Below, one piece after another: positions 12,740-26,289 of a stretch of 64,000 bases of DNA; within the stretch, counting starts at the first letter, position 1, and each line of letters opens with the position of its first letter. The notes under the pieces are model-generated. The model saw only the letters and a list, made by a program, of their open reading frames with translations. It ran no database searches and had not been told where the DNA came from. The stretch is from Dicyema japonicum. Its lineage: Eukaryota; Animalia; Dicyemida. Both the position numbers and the translations under genes were made by a program. Location: contig RDEW01000032.1 of NCBI GenBank assembly GCA_011109175.1, positions 22,459 through 86,458 of the forward strand. The letters run 5' to 3'.

Positions 12740-14560
12740 TGAACAATTAAAAAGCATTTAGTGATAGATCTTTTTAGAATAATTTTTTAATGTATAACGT
12801 TTTATTTTTCAGAATTGGGTCGACCCAATTCTTAATTTTCATTAATTGTCATAAAATTATTCACTCTCTAAAAACTGAATATAGAAGTATCCAAAACAGA
12901 ATGAACTTCTTACAAGGACTTTTATGAATAATCTTTTCATTTTTAGTAAAAAACTCTATGTCTCAGGAAATTAGGTCAACATAGTTTACATATATTATTT
13001 CTTCTATCTTTTTTGTTATAGCGTCCTGGATTCCTTCATAACTGCTTGAAATTTTATTATTCCAATAAAAACAAACGATAACCATGCTTGTCTCAGATTT
13101 TTGTGTAGGTTTTTTTAATCTTATAAAATTAGAGGTAGAATTCTAATCATTCTAAAACTTGCTTATCCAGAAATATTTTATTAATTTTGTTCAAAAAGTT
13201 TTTCCAGAATTTTAGCAGAATATTGTTTCGCTTGTTTTTCTTAAATAAATGACGATCTTTCTATACAAGGGGAGTTTGGATGTAACTTCAATACATATAT
13301 CTGACAGGTTTGAACTGAAAATATGCGTTTTCTCTAAGAAATAATCTCATCATTTCGCTTTTGGAGAAATTAAGAATAACAGCAATTAAGATTGTCATTC
13401 ATTAATAGCAGGATGAGATCTAAGAGAAAAAACGGCTGGTGAATCCATTACGAAAATTGAAATTTTATAAAGATATCTTAGATCTCTGACTCGTATATTC
13501 TAGCTAAATTATGTCTAAAAAATTAACATAATTCCACGAAATTTGGTTTTCTAAGTTACAGAAATACCATTTGTCAAAAAAGTTTATGATTGCATGATAT
13601 AGTGTCTTATAAGGTATATTAAAATGCCTGACATGATCAACTGATAAGAAATTAGTAGTAGATCATTTATAAAATAATTTTGCAATTTATAATGTTTTAT
13701 TTTTTAGAATTGGGTCGACCCACTTCTTGATTTTCATTAATTGTCATAAAAAATTTCACTCTTCAATAACTAAATATAGAAGCATCCAAAACAGAATGAA
13801 CATCATTATAAGTACTTTTAAAAATTATCTGGTGCATTTTAGTGCTTAAACGCTATGTCTTGAGAAACTAGGTCAATATATTCTACATATATTATTTCTT
13901 CTATCTTTCTTGGGCATAGTGTCCTAGGTTCTTCATAAATGCTTCCCAATATACTGTGAACAGTAAAAAAAGTCTTTTTAGGAATGCCCATGTTTGTCAC
14001 AAAATTTTGATATGTTTTTCCGAATCTCACGAAGAACTCATGAAAATAAAATTCTAATCTCTCTAAGACTTATTTGCCAGTACTTTTAACAATGAATTTA
14101 GCAGTTTAATGAATAGATACTCGAAAATTAAAAATTTGCGAAAGCAGACTGCGCAGGTTATTTAGGTATATCGATTCTTAGCTTTCTGGGATGCGGTTGA
14201 CGGACATCACCATTGAAAAGCTCATGTATGCATAGAATTATCATTTTCCAATCGAATAAACAATTCATCTCCTAATTTTTGTACAATGGATTCAATCTAA
14301 GACTGAATTCATTGTTCTGATTTACATTAAATGAATGATGGTCTTTCTATTTAAGATGTACTCTATGCTATTTATATGAAGTGATCGAGCTGAAGAGAGG
14401 AGTCCCATAGGGATCGGCTTTTTTCTCTAAAAAAGATATCTAATAACGGTACTAGGTAAATTGAGAATTATGGCAATTAAGCTCGTCATTCAGGAATAAA
14501 GGATGAGATCTTTAGCAAAGAAGCAAAATTACGTCAAAAAATTAACATATTTCTATGAAA
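12740..14560. repeat. Old tandem duplication (offset about 0.9-1.1 kb) upstream of GPCR-A, partly shared with the region upstream of GPCR-B
   Basis: 12790-13050 matches 13690-13960, and 13330-13500 matches 14420-14560 and 60650-60800. Confidence 0.65.
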
Positions 14561-14607
14561 TAATTTACATTTATATTTAAGAACAAACCCATAAATTATT
14601 TAAGATA

Positions 14608-16954
14608 ATGAATTTTTTATGTTGGTTTCTTATTTTAAAAATTTCAAATGATGAAATAATAGTTGATAGGGAATTTGAGTTGTGCTTAGTTGAAAGTGAA
14701 TTTGATACTTGTATATATATAAATTATTAATAGGTCTTAAACGATTAATAACTTTAATTAGTCAGGAACAAAATTATTTGGAATATTTAAATTACTTATA
14801 TCGCACAAAAGTAAAATTTTCATAATTTTTAGATTAATGATGCTAATAGAGAAGTTTTCTTTGAAAATGTAGAGTCAACACCCTTTTTGAGTTTAGAGAT
14901 ATCTATTTGCCAAATAATGGCCTTCAATTTTAATGATATTCAATTTAAGAAGTTTGTAAACGATACCATAAAAGAAGAATTAAGAAACAAATTACAAAAT
15001 ATTTTCTTTTTAGAAAATTATTTTAAAAATAGAAATACGTCGAAAATAATTTATGTTAATAATTCTGCTTATGATGCTAATTGTATAAATGAAAATAATA
15101 AGTTTATAAATTTTGAAATGATAATTGAGCATTTACGAAACGAAAGACCAAATGAAAAAATTACAGATATTTTATTTGAGTCGATGGATGATTTCGTCAA
15201 TGAATATTTAAATAACTTGATAAATGGAGGGATTCTATCAAACTTTCAAATCTTCGTTAAAATAATCGGACCTGATTATAAATTGGAAAAATTAGCAGGT
15301 TAGTCTTTTTTTAATTCTAAGATGAATTGATAAATACGGATCACAGCGATGAGGTTTTGATTTTAAATAATAATATTAGAACGGTCAAAATGTTAAAAAT
15401 TTTTTGGAATTACTTGAATTAACAGGTAAACTATCAAATGATACAGCGTCTAAAGCAAGAAAAGCTATTTTTGATCCAGTGAATGGCATTCCTCCAGATA
15501 GTAATCTAAAATATGAAGTCATCGATAAAATAGTGGTAAGAAATTCAAAATTTTCTTCAAAAAATAATGTCTCTGGAGAAATCGAATTACTTACTGAAGA
15601 TCCTACCGAAAGTAATTTTATAAATAAATCGAGTTCGCGTGGTTGTTCATAATGAAAGCAAATTAACTCCTACAAATGGAACATCTCCACAATCGCTTCA
15701 AGTTTCGATTGTCGCTCAGTTTGAAATAAAATCTTTATCATTAAAATTTCCAATACATTCAAATTATAGTGAATATACTAATAAAGTAGCAAAACATATT
15801 AATTACAGGGGTTTACTCCAAAGTGTGTATTTTACAACAACGAAACTGGCCTTTGGGAAATTGTGGGTATAATAGAAATTTCTGGATCGTTTTATGTCTG
15901 TAAATCTCTGCATTTGACAAGTTTTGCTATTCTATTTGTAATTATCATTTTCACGTTAGGGTCCAATAACTTCGTCTGAATTTAAAAATGATGCAACTAC
16001 AGTCATTACAATAATTGGAATTTCTTTCTCCACAGTCGCTATAATAATTTCATTTATTATATTTATACTCAAAATTAGGTTGGTATTATTTATTTACTTC
16101 AGACTTTTGAAGATTCTATTTTTCAAATTTTTTTACTTAATTTGAAAACATCAATTTTGATGTTGAACATGGTGTTTATTTTTGGAATCATTTATTCTTC
16201 AGAAAAAAGTTATGTAGAGTGTGTAACAGTTGGAGTTTTACTCCACTATGGAATTTTGTCTCAATTTTTATGGATGTTCACAATATCATATGTCCATTAT
16301 TTAAAATTTAACAAAGTAATTGGAGTCAACATAAAATATTTGAAGGTCAAAGCATTTGTTATTAGTTGGGGTTTTATTTTAGTTTTATTTGTAATTAGGT
16401 TCCACTCTTCATTGTCGGTTTAATTTTAATAATAAATAAAAATTTATTATTCCGAAGGGAAATGCCTGATTTCTGGAATTAGCTTTTATTTGGGGTTGCT
16501 TAGTCCGATTATAATCTGTCTGCTTTTAAATTTTATGTTATACATTCTTTGATGTGTGGATTTATGAAAACTAAAACACCAATAAATACAAATTCAATTA
16601 AAAACAAAATTTTATTTTCACTTTTCATTTTTTCAGGTAAAATTAAAATATATTTTAGGACTTCCATGGATTTTATTATTTTTTGTAAGATTTAGCACGG
16701 TGTTAGAATATATTTTTATTATATTCGTTAGTTTTCAAGAGTTGCTCATTCTCCTTTTAAATATTATGAATTTAAAACAAACATTAATTAAAAAAATAAA
16801 TCCAATAAATGATAACGAACAACTTACAAACACAAATAATCTTACTTTAGAAAATGACAATGAAAATTTACCTTTAACGAATTCAAATTTTTTACTAAGG
16901 CCTATAAATTTATTTATTACAAAAATTTTATTTCCAATAAACAATAAAATTTAA
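14608..16954 (+). pseudogene. Adhesion GPCR paralogue A (signal peptide, one ectodomain module, GAIN/GPS, 7TM); frameshifted in the 7TM region as assembled
   Basis: Start MNFLCWFLILKISND; GPS CVFYNNETGLW...CKSLHL|TSFAILF; TM3 ECVTVGVLLHYGILSQFLWMF. Introns of 22-28 nt at the same positions as in paralogue B. There are 1-2-nt deletions relative to B near 16112, 16400, 16442 and 16550. Confidence 0.8.
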
Positions 16955-17077
16955 CAAGACGATGAATTCACAGTAATTAATATTTCTAACGTTATTTATT
17001 ATCTTAGTTTATTTTGTTTGTTTGCTAACTATGTTCATATATCAACATCTAAATATAATCATAAAAATATCTTCCTA

Positions 17078-17257
17078 TTATTATATTATTTAAGCACTTC
17101 ACGAGAGCCATATTAATTATAGCCCCGCATGTGCAGCAAAAGAAACAAGGTTAGATGTCATCTTTTTCCATGCTCCCCTGTTCATAGCCAAGGCTCTCAT
17201 GCTGTCCAGGTCGTCGGCATTTATTAGATTTTTTTTGATCTTGACCAGGTCTTTTAT
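17078..17257 (-). mobile_element. 180-bp 5'-truncated RTE insertion with 11-bp target-site duplication
   Basis: ATATCTTCCTA at 17067-17077 and 17258-17268. Encodes KDLVKIKKNL..DDLDSMRALAMNRGAWKK and ends in TAA-rich tail. The empty site is seen at 39015 and 63950. Confidence 0.85.
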
Positions 17258-17548
17258 ATATCTTCCTATACATGTAGTTATTTTAGTTGATTTTCTAAGT
17301 TTTTTTAATTTCTTGATAGAGTTGATTTGTATTCTAATCTCAATGCATTAACACTTTTCTTCTAGTTTCTGATGCTTTCCATGTGTGTTATCCGATCCAC
17401 AAAAATCACCCTTCCAGATAAGGAATGGGTATTATTTCCACTAATAAAATTTTTCACCTTAAAAAGAACTAAAACTTTATTTTCAGAAGTAAGAACAGCA
17501 ATATCAGTTAATTACATTGAAAGTAGCTCTTTACTTTTTGTTCGTGAA

Positions 17549-19792
17549 TTATTATAATAGCACTTTCGAAGAACCAAAAATGTATTTTATTTAATTAAGG
17601 TTCCGCTTTTGCCGTATTTTTCTTCAGGTTATTTTTTTCCCACAATTCTCTTGACCAACTTCCTCCATGCTCCGCGGTTACACGCAGTTATTCCAAGCGT
17701 ATCCAGATCATCTCCAGTTTTCAGCTTTCGTCCTACATTGGTCAGGTCCTTGTGTAGAACCTCTGGCAAAGTTATGCGAGGTCTTCCACGGAACGAGGTA
17801 TTCACTTCTGGGCAGAAATAGTTATCCATTGCTATTTTAGCAGGCGTCATCTGACTCATTCGAAGGATGTGACCAAACAGACGCAATCTTGATTCCAGGA
17901 TATCCAGACTCAATGGTCTTGTATCACATCTTTGTATAGATTCTTGTTTGTAATTTTTTTCGGCCAGTTGATGCCAAGCAACAGTCGGAGTTGCTTACGA
18001 TGGAAGACATCTAGTTTGTCCATTACCGCTTCTGAGACACCCCAGGTTGCAGCGTTGTACATTAGGACTGGTTTCACGAAGGCATTGTATAGTCTCACAC
18101 GTAATTGTGTGCTAATTTGTTTACGATGATTCCAGACTACTCTCATTTTTCTAAAGGCCGCGACGGACAATATATTCCTGTTAGTGATATCCTCAGCGTC
18201 TCCGAGCAACGACCCCAATTTTTTACAGTATCTCCATTTTTATCAGTTCGTGTTAGTTCACGGCGTATGGTAGTTGTCTCCGTCTTTTCCGTATTGATTT
18301 TGATGAACCATTTTTCTAAGACATCTGGCATTTTTGTCCGTCTGAAGCCTCTGAGTGCCGCCTCCAGATATGTCACAAAAAGTACCGGTGACAAGGAATT
18401 CCCTGCGGTACCCCGAACGTTGTCTCGAATGGGACAGACTCCAAATTTCCAAAACGTACACTTAGCTGCGTTGTTCCAAGTGATAGGCGGATCATTCTGA
18501 CACTGTCCTCGTCAACCAACTTCTCCAAGATATCCAAAAGTCTCCCTCTATGTATAGAGTCAAAGGCTTTGGACATATCCATGCCAAGGATGCCAATAGC
18601 CCCCTTGTACTTTCGATGTGTTGCGCAAAGCCATCGATGTCCCAGACCACATCAGCTGTAGATCTCCCTGACCTGAATCCGCTTTGACCGTGAGAGAAAG
18701 TTCTCGATGTCAGATCCAATCCTGTTCAGCACTATAAGTGATAGTGTCTTGCGTAGAGTCGTCAATAGTACGATGGGTCTTAAATTCGTTAAAAAGCTTT
18801 TAGCTTTGCCCGGTTTTTGTAGTGCAATTAGTGTGCCATTACCCACATCGAGTAGTAAGTTGTATTTGAATGTTTTGTTGTTTATCTCAGTTAATAGCTC
18901 AGAGATCTCGGTCGGTGCATATTTGAGAAGTTCTGCATTTATGTTGTCAGGACCAGCAGCTCTATTGTTGTTCAGTTTGTCCAGGGCTTTTTTTGTTTCC
19001 AGAATCGTTATCGGAATATTTAGTTCTCGTGCTTCACCATCGAATTGTTTGATGTTTTCCCCGTGGTTTTGATTGAAGGCCTGCTGATAATGACTGGATA
19101 TGGCCGATAGAATTTCATTTTTGTTTAACATAGTCTTTCCAAACTGATCATGTATTGTGATTTTTGATGACTGCGTGTCTCTATGTAGTAGGTGAACAGC
19201 CTTGAACATCTGCGCTCCGTTTTTGAGCCTTTCTACTTCTTTAGCCATTCCAACAAGTTTATTTTCCTTTATTTCCCTCGTTCTTTTCTTTATTTTATAC
19301 AGGGTTTGGTTCCGCATGACTCTTAGAGTGTGTTCCTTTGCCTGGTCCTGGCAGGTTTCGACCTGTAAACGTAGGTTCCTCTGCAATTTGGATAGTTCTT
19401 CAAGCTCGTGGTCATAGTGCCCGTTGAAATGCTTCGGTTTTACTCCGACTGTTGAATGGGCCGCGCACTTTATTGCATCGATGGTGTCTTGCCACAGCTC
19501 CCCAGGCATTTTTTCTTTATTCCACTGTCTGATCTTTTCTCTCAATGTATTTTGATAGCTTTCCCGACTCGGTCCCACCATGCAGAGTTGCTCTACTGCG
19601 AACCTCCCCTCAGATATCCTCATGCCAGCCGCTTTGGAAACCCCAAAATATCGTTTGAAAAGGAAACGTGCCACAACCAATCTGTGATCACTATCTACTA
19701 GTGTCCCACTGTAGCTCCGAGAATCTGTTAGCAGTGCCTTGTAGGCTTGTTTGCAGATAATGTAATCTATTTGGTTATATATAGGCTTGATA
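17549..19792 (-). mobile_element. RTE-clade LINE, 5'-truncated (end of APE plus RT plus 3' UTR)
   Basis: Motifs NQIDYIIC..DHRL, KLNNNRAAGPDNI, RPIVLL, DMSKAFDSI, GVPQG and RGRPRITLP; 342-aa ORF at 18652-19680; TAA-rich tail. The empty site is seen at 23805 and 39290. Confidence 0.92.
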
Positions 19793-19809
19793 GTCCAGAA
19801 AACAATGAG

Positions 19810-19955
19810 TTCCAGAAAACAATATAGTTCCGCACTGTTGAAACACTGATGACGGCGTCACTCGTCAACACCAAAGCATGTGTGGAACCATCAACCGAAC
19901 GGGGGTGGAGTGAATCGAACCTTAATTCATGATTATTACACTGTTCCATCAGGCC
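19810..19955 (-). mobile_element. tRNA-derived SINE relic (subfamily 2)
   Basis: B box GGTTCGATTC and core TTGACGAGTGACGCCGTCATCAGTG..TGCGGAACT, shared with 46580-46753. Confidence 0.55.
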
Positions 19956-20275
19956 TACAACCAATAATGGAGTTTTAATAATGTTGATCGCAACATAAAT
20001 ATTTAAACAGTCTCAGAAATAAAAATGACCCTAGTTTCAAAAGTAGGGTAATTTTTACTTGACCTAAAAATTTAAAATTTTGACGTAATTTTTGACATAG
20101 ATATCAGTAAAAAGTCCTGGAAAAATACAAGTTGTGAAGAAGTATTATATAAAAAAATTCAATGCACATCAATCAGATAGAATACATCTGGGTACATCTG
20201 AAATCGACAAAGAATGTTCTTGAACAACTGCAAACTCTTAAGTGAATAGTTTAACAAATAATCGAAGAGAATAAT
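19955..20275. repeat. About 0.3-0.4-kb direct repeat flanking the His-rich gene cassette
   Basis: CTACAACCAATA...TAGGGTAATTTT.ACTTG.CCTAAAAATT...TACATCTG...GAGAATA recurs at 10095, 23960, 25875 and 40965. Confidence 0.75.
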
Positions 20276-20629
20276 TTCGGAAACGAATCATTTAACTGTC
20301 ACAGGCATTCTGACTCGAGTTTAAATTGTATTATCTAACGACTCAGTAACCCATTCTCTTAATCGATCGAGAATTTTCGAAAAAAAGATGCTTCTAGTGA
20401 ATAAAAAATAGGAGACGGACCGAGACAAGAGAAAGAGAGATCCCCTTAGGGTTGTGTAGAAGGTAGAAACGACAAGAGAAGAGATGGCCTGTATGTGTTA
20501 TCTGAATATTACTATTAAATGTTTTCTTAAATATTTTAAAGTTAAATATTTTTAAACCAAGAAGTTTTAAATTTATTAAAACCCAACTAAATAACCCAGA
20601 TTAGTAAGTTAGTAAAGGCAAAGTTTTTA

Positions 20630-21138
20630 TCAAATTAATTTCGGGCATTTACCAAGATAGACGCAGTATTGTACGGCAAAACTTAATAGTTCATATTTTT
20701 TGTAGCTCACATACGCCTCCTAATTTATTAATATAAAACTTTATGATTGATATATCAATTTTTTCATTAATGCAAAATTTACAGTCATTAGCAATTCCGC
20801 GAAAGTTTTTACTACCATAATTGTTTCGATCATGGTGGTATTTCTTTTCATGATTTTTATGGAAGTGATCAGAATTACGATGTCCTCGAACTTGTTCATG
20901 TTCATCAGCATTTACGTAGAACTCATCATCACCATAATTGTTTCTATTATGGTTGTATTTTTTCCCATAATGATTTTTATAAAAGTGATGAGAATTATGA
21001 TGTCCTCGATCTTGTTCGTGTTTATTATCATTTATATCCAACTCCTATTTATCACGATAAACCCTTTTAGCATTTGAAATCTGTGATAATAATATAATTC
21101 CTTTAATTAATAGGCAAAAAACCAATTAGACCAATCAT
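20630..21138 (-). CDS. Secreted His-rich protein with C-terminal 4-Cys saposin-like motif, copy 1 (1-nt frameshift before last intron)
   Basis: Same exon structure as copy 2 (introns of 22 and 20 nt); the last exon would read CVYLGKCPKLI* if one T is restored near 20750. Confidence 0.75.
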
Positions 21139-21338
21139 TTCTGCCAACTAAGAATTATTTATGCATTTTATTATAAATTTATGGTTCGCCATTAATAAAA
21201 ATAAAATATATATTTAATATTTATATTTAAAGTTAGTAATTTTAATAGTAAATAACTAATTTATCAATTTATTATTTATGTTGATAACAAACTCTGAAAA
21301 TGTCTGCTTTAAAACGAGCTTTCTGAGTTCGTTACCAT

Positions 21339-21571
21339 ATGATCATTAACCAACAAGAAAAATCAACATGTACCAGGTAAGAAATGTTTATTGTTAAAAT
21401 CAAAATGTCAAACATCGATCACACAAACTGCATGTATATTCACATTCAGAATGGCGAGCGAGATTAGTTCAAATAACCAGCAGCGCTCAAGGGAATCTCC
21501 TGTTAGTACAGAAATCCGATTCCCTAGAAGATTCCAAGAATTTCAGTCTCTCAAGAGCAATGTTTAAATAA
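21339..21571 (+). CDS. Conserved micro-ORF divergent from the His-rich gene, copy 1
   Basis: GTAAG...TTCAG intron, then MASEISSNNQQRSRESPV..EIRFPRR; conserved in 3 copies. Confidence 0.4.
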
Positions 21572-21689
21572 AATTAATTATTGGAACGAATGTCAAAATA
21601 TCAATTACATAAAATATTTGTAATTAACTTGTATTCACGACAGTCAAGGATGAAATGTTTGATAATAAAGAAAAAGTGAGATTATTGCC

Positions 21690-23270
21690 GAACATTTTTC
21701 AGGACTTTTGAATGAAAAGTGAAACCTAAATGTGGAGCCATTTGAAAATACCAAGAAGTCTGAATCTAATATCTACAAAGGAAACTAACCTGGCAATCAT
21801 TAAATTAACAACAACAGGCAGCGGGAAGACAACATACATGGAGAAATGATCAATGTATGCACCAGGCGAACTGACAACCCTCATTACAAAGTTTTCAATA
21901 AGGTATTTGAGACGCATTCCCCTTGAAACTTGGTGATGGAATTTTGATTCCTTTGCATAAACCAGGAAAGAGTAAGGGACCGATAAAAAATCTTAGACCT
22001 GTGATATTACTGGGATCATTGAGGGAAAAACTATCTCTGATAACCCTTAGTCGGATATCTTCTGATGTTTATGAATTTTTGTCGCCGGGACAGAGTGGGT
22101 TCAGAAAGGGACGCTCGACCGCAGATGCTGTTTGGTCCCACAGGTGGAGATGTGCCGTTTGTCAACGATATAAGAGTGATTTTAAAATTTTGGGAGTTGA
22201 CATGTCTAGTCCGTTTGACAGTGTCAACAGAAAAACATTGTTGGACGATGCTGGCAGTTTTCTTGATGAAGATAACACAAGACTTGTTCGTTTCCTATTA
22301 TCGAATATTGAAATAACTGTACGAGTTGGGAACTCAACATCGAAGCCTTTCGGGACAACAGTTGTAATACCTCAGGGAGTTCTATTCGTATACCTGGAAG
22401 CGGCATTGAGAGCTCTTAGAACAAAATGTGAAGGATACATGCCGATGGAAATTATATATGCAGATGACATAGATTTTGTGTCAGAAAATGATTTGGAACT
22501 TGGACTTGCTTTAGAAAAAATTTCTGGAGAATTTAAGAATTGGTCTCTGCGAGTTAATCAGGAAAAGACTGAACACATAAGAATCACAAGGGAATCAAAA
22601 TATATTGATGAAAATTGGAGGAAAAAAAGGAAATTGGGATCCTTACTTGGTGATAGTGAGGACATGATGTATAGAAGAGTTCTAGCCACTCCCATGTATA
22701 AGAAAATGCAGAAGATATGGAGTCGACGAAAACTAATAAAAACAAATCTCAGAATAAGACTATGCAAAGCATATATAAACTGGTGCATATGTACAACTCG
22801 GGTACATGGGGGTCACAGAGCTAGAGCTCAAGAAAATGGATATATTTCATCGCAAACAATTACGCAATTTAATGGGCCTAGGTTGGCCCAAAAGATTTCA
22901 AATAAGAAATTATACTCTGTGGCATAATCGAAGCCAATAAGCATCGATATTAATGAATCAAGTGGAGACTGTTCAGGGCACTTGCTCAGAATGGACATAA
23001 ACGCCCCTGCTAATATAATAATGGACAATTACTTTAACAATGAGAACGAATTATCATTCAGAGGAAGACCCAGAGTCACTCTACCCATGGCTCTGAACAA
23101 GGATCTTAATGGATTAGAAGAAATATTAAATCTGCAGAAGACCTAGAAGATCTAAGAACAGATGCGCAAAGCAGAGGCGATGGAGACGCCTAGTGAAGCA
23201 GATTGTAAACGTGTGGCACAAACGGGACCTTAGTTAATATAACGTTCTTTGGTTCTGTAAAAAGTGCTTT
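21690..23270 (+). mobile_element. RTE-clade LINE, RT and 3' UTR
   Basis: 334-aa ORF at 21923-22927 with LRPVILL, QSGFRKGRSTAD, GVDMSSPFDSV and YADDIDF; the 3' UTR matches the element ending at 17549. Confidence 0.92.
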
Positions 23271-23809
23271 TTAATAATTAATAATAACATATGTGCCTTT
23301 TGAAGCCATGCTGCGTATGAACCATAAAAGGCGCTGTCGTGACTGCAAAGATCCAGTCACTCGGCCGATACGTGTTTGTGTGGGGTCGAGGGAGGATCAT
23401 CGTCCAAAATGAGGTACCTGCTAGAGCGTGGTGGATCACGTGATTAGTTAGTTTGTGTAACCGTGGTTTCTGGTGTTATTAATAAAACATCTAAATATAT
23501 TATATAGAAATATATTTTTATACATGTAGTTACTTTCAGTTGATTTTCTAAGTTCTTTTAATTTCTGTTAGACATGATTTGTATTCTAATCTCAATGCAT
23601 TCACACTTTTTTGTTATTATCTTTTAGTTTCTGATGCTTTCCATGTGTGTTATCCGATCCAAAAAATCACCTTTTTAGATAAGGAGTGGTATTGTTTCCA
23701 CTATTTAAATTTTTCACCTTAGAAAGAACTCAAACTTTATTTTCAGAAGTAAGAACAGCAATGTCAGTTAATTACATTGAAAGTAGCTCTTTACTTTTTG
23801 TTTGTGAAT

Positions 23810-23960
23810 GAGCTCCAGAAAACAATATAGTTCCGCACTGTTGAAACACTGATGACGGCGTCACTCGTCAACACCAAAGCATGTGTGGAACCATCAACCG
23901 AACTGGCAGTGGAGTGAGTCGAACCTTAATTCATGATTATTACACTGTTCCATCAGGCCT
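23810..23960 (-). mobile_element. tRNA-derived SINE relic (segmental-duplicate copy of 19810-19955)
   Basis: Near-identical sequence and position relative to the cassette. Confidence 0.55.
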
Positions 23961-24629
23961 ACAACCAATAAGGGAGTTTTAATAATGTTGATCGCAACAT
24001 AAATATTTAAACAGTCTCAGAAATAAAAATGACCCTAGTTTCAAAAGTAGGGTAATTTTTACTTGACCTAAAAATTTAAAATTTTGACGTAATTTTTGAC
24101 ATAGATATCAGTAAAAAGTCCTGGAAAAATACAAGTTTTAGAGAAGATTTAAGTATTATATAAAAAAAGTCAACACACATCGATCAGATAGAATACATCT
24201 GGGTACATCTGAAATCGACAAAGAATGTTCTTGAATTACTGCAACTCTTAAGACTAACAAATAATCGAGAGAATATTTCGGAAACGAATCATTTAACTGT
24301 CACATGCTTTATGATTCGAGTTTAAATTGTATTTTGTAACAACTCAGTAACCATTCTCTTAATCGATCGAGAATTTTAGAAAAAATGATGCTTCTAGTGA
24401 ATAAAAAAATAGGAGACGGACCGAGACAAAAGAAAAAGTGACCCCCGTAGGGTTATGTAGAAGGTAGAAACGACAAGAGAAAAGATGGCCTGTATGTGTT
24501 ATCTGAATATTACTATTAAATGTTTTCTTAAATATTTTAAAGTTAAATATTTTTAAACCAAGAAGTTTAAATTTATTAAAACCCAACTAAATAACCCGGA
24601 TTAGTAAGTTAGTAAAGGCAAAGTTTTTA

Positions 24630-25143
24630 TCAAATTAATTTCGGGCATTTACCCTGATAGACGCAGTATTGTACGGCAAAACTTAATAGTTCATATTTTT
24701 TGTAGCTCACATACGCCTCCTAATTTATTAAATTAATAAAAACTTTATGATTGAATATATCAATTTTTTCATTAATGCAAAATTTACAGTCATTAGCAAT
24801 TCCGCGAAAGTTTTTACTACCATAATTGTTTCGATCATGGTGGTATTTCTTCTCATGATTTTTATGGAAGTGATCAGAATTACGATGTCCTCGAACTTGT
24901 TCATGTTCATCAGCATTTACGTTGAACTCATCATCACCATAATTGTTCCTATTATGGTTGTATTTTTTCTCATGATGATTTTTATAAGAGTGATGAGAAT
25001 TATGATGTCCTCGATCTTGTTCGTGTTTATTATCATTTATATCCAACTCATATTTATCACGATAAACCCTTTTAGCGTTTGAAATCTGTGATAATAATAT
25101 AATTCCTTTAATTAATAGGCAAAAAACCAATTAGACCAATCAT
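24630..25143 (-). CDS. Secreted His-rich protein with C-terminal 4-Cys saposin-like motif, copy 2 (intact, 155 aa)
   Basis: Introns 25106-25127 (22 nt) and 24720-24743 (24 nt) give a 468-nt open frame: MIGLIGIILLSQISNA, two about 38-aa His/Asn/Asp repeats, then DCKFC-x29-CVYQGKCPKLI*. Confidence 0.85.
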
Positions 25144-25343
25144 TTCTGCCAACTAGGAATTATTTTATGCATTTTATTATAAATTTATGGTTCGCCATTA
25201 AAAAAATAAAAAATATATTTAATATTTATATTTAAAGTTAGTCATTTTAATAGTAAATAACTAATTTATCATTTTATTAATTAAGTTGACAACAAACTCT
25301 GAAAATGTCTGCTTTAAAACGAGCTTTCTGAGTTCGTTGCCAT

Positions 25344-25563
25344 ATGACCAATAACCAACAAGAAAAATCAACGTGTACCAGGTAAGAAATGTTTATTGTT
25401 AAAATCAAAATGTCAAACATCGCTCACACAAACTGCATGTATATTCACATTCAGAATGGCGAGCGAGATTAGTTCAAATAACCAGCAGCGCTCAAGGGAA
25501 TCTCCTGTTCGTACAGAAATCCGATTCAAGAATTTCAGCCTCTCAAGAGCAATGTTTAAATAA
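25344..25563 (+). CDS. Conserved micro-ORF divergent from the His-rich gene, copy 2
   Basis: Spliced (GTAAG..TTCAG, about 73 nt) it reads MTNNQQEKSTCTRMASEISSNNQQRSRESPVRTEIRFKNFSLSRAMFK*; an in-frame 12-nt deletion relative to copies 1 and 3. Confidence 0.45.
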
Positions 25564-26289
25564 AATTGGATATGGGAACAAATGTCAAAAATATCAATTA
25601 CATAAAATATTTGCAATAAACTAGGGAAATTATCATGACTCTAATATGTTTAAGAAACCTTAAAATTATTATCACTTCTTGGATAGATCTTTTGAGTTCC
25701 AAATTAAATATTTTATAATACTTTGTAATAATCTCATATAGGTGACCTAAATAAGAATTTCATTTATCAAATTCAAAAAAATCAATTCTAGTATAGGAAT
25801 ATAACTGAGTCTTTGTAGACAATCCGATCCGCCGTAAAGTAATCACTTATTACGCCGTTTCTTGTCAAATCACTACAACCAATAATAATTATTTATGGCA
25901 AGTTGACTATAAAATAAAACCATTTAGGAGTTTTAATCAATATTGGTCGCTACACAAATATTTAAAAAAAACTCAAAATGACTTTCTTGTATTAAATAGG
26001 GTAATTTTAACTTGGCCTAAAAATTCAAAAATTTGACATAGATTTCATTAATAAGGTTTCAGAAACATAGACGACAGATGTGGAAAAGATGTATGTATTA
26101 TAAAAATTTCAACAAATTTCAATCAGAAAGAATATATCTCGCTACATCTGATGTCGACAAAAAAATTGATTTAACTATTGAAAAACTATTAAGTTAGTTT
26201 TACAATAAATAATCGACGAGAATACCATTCAACCATAAAAAACATTATAGAAACAATCATAAACTAGTTAAGGAAGATGGCAATATTTA

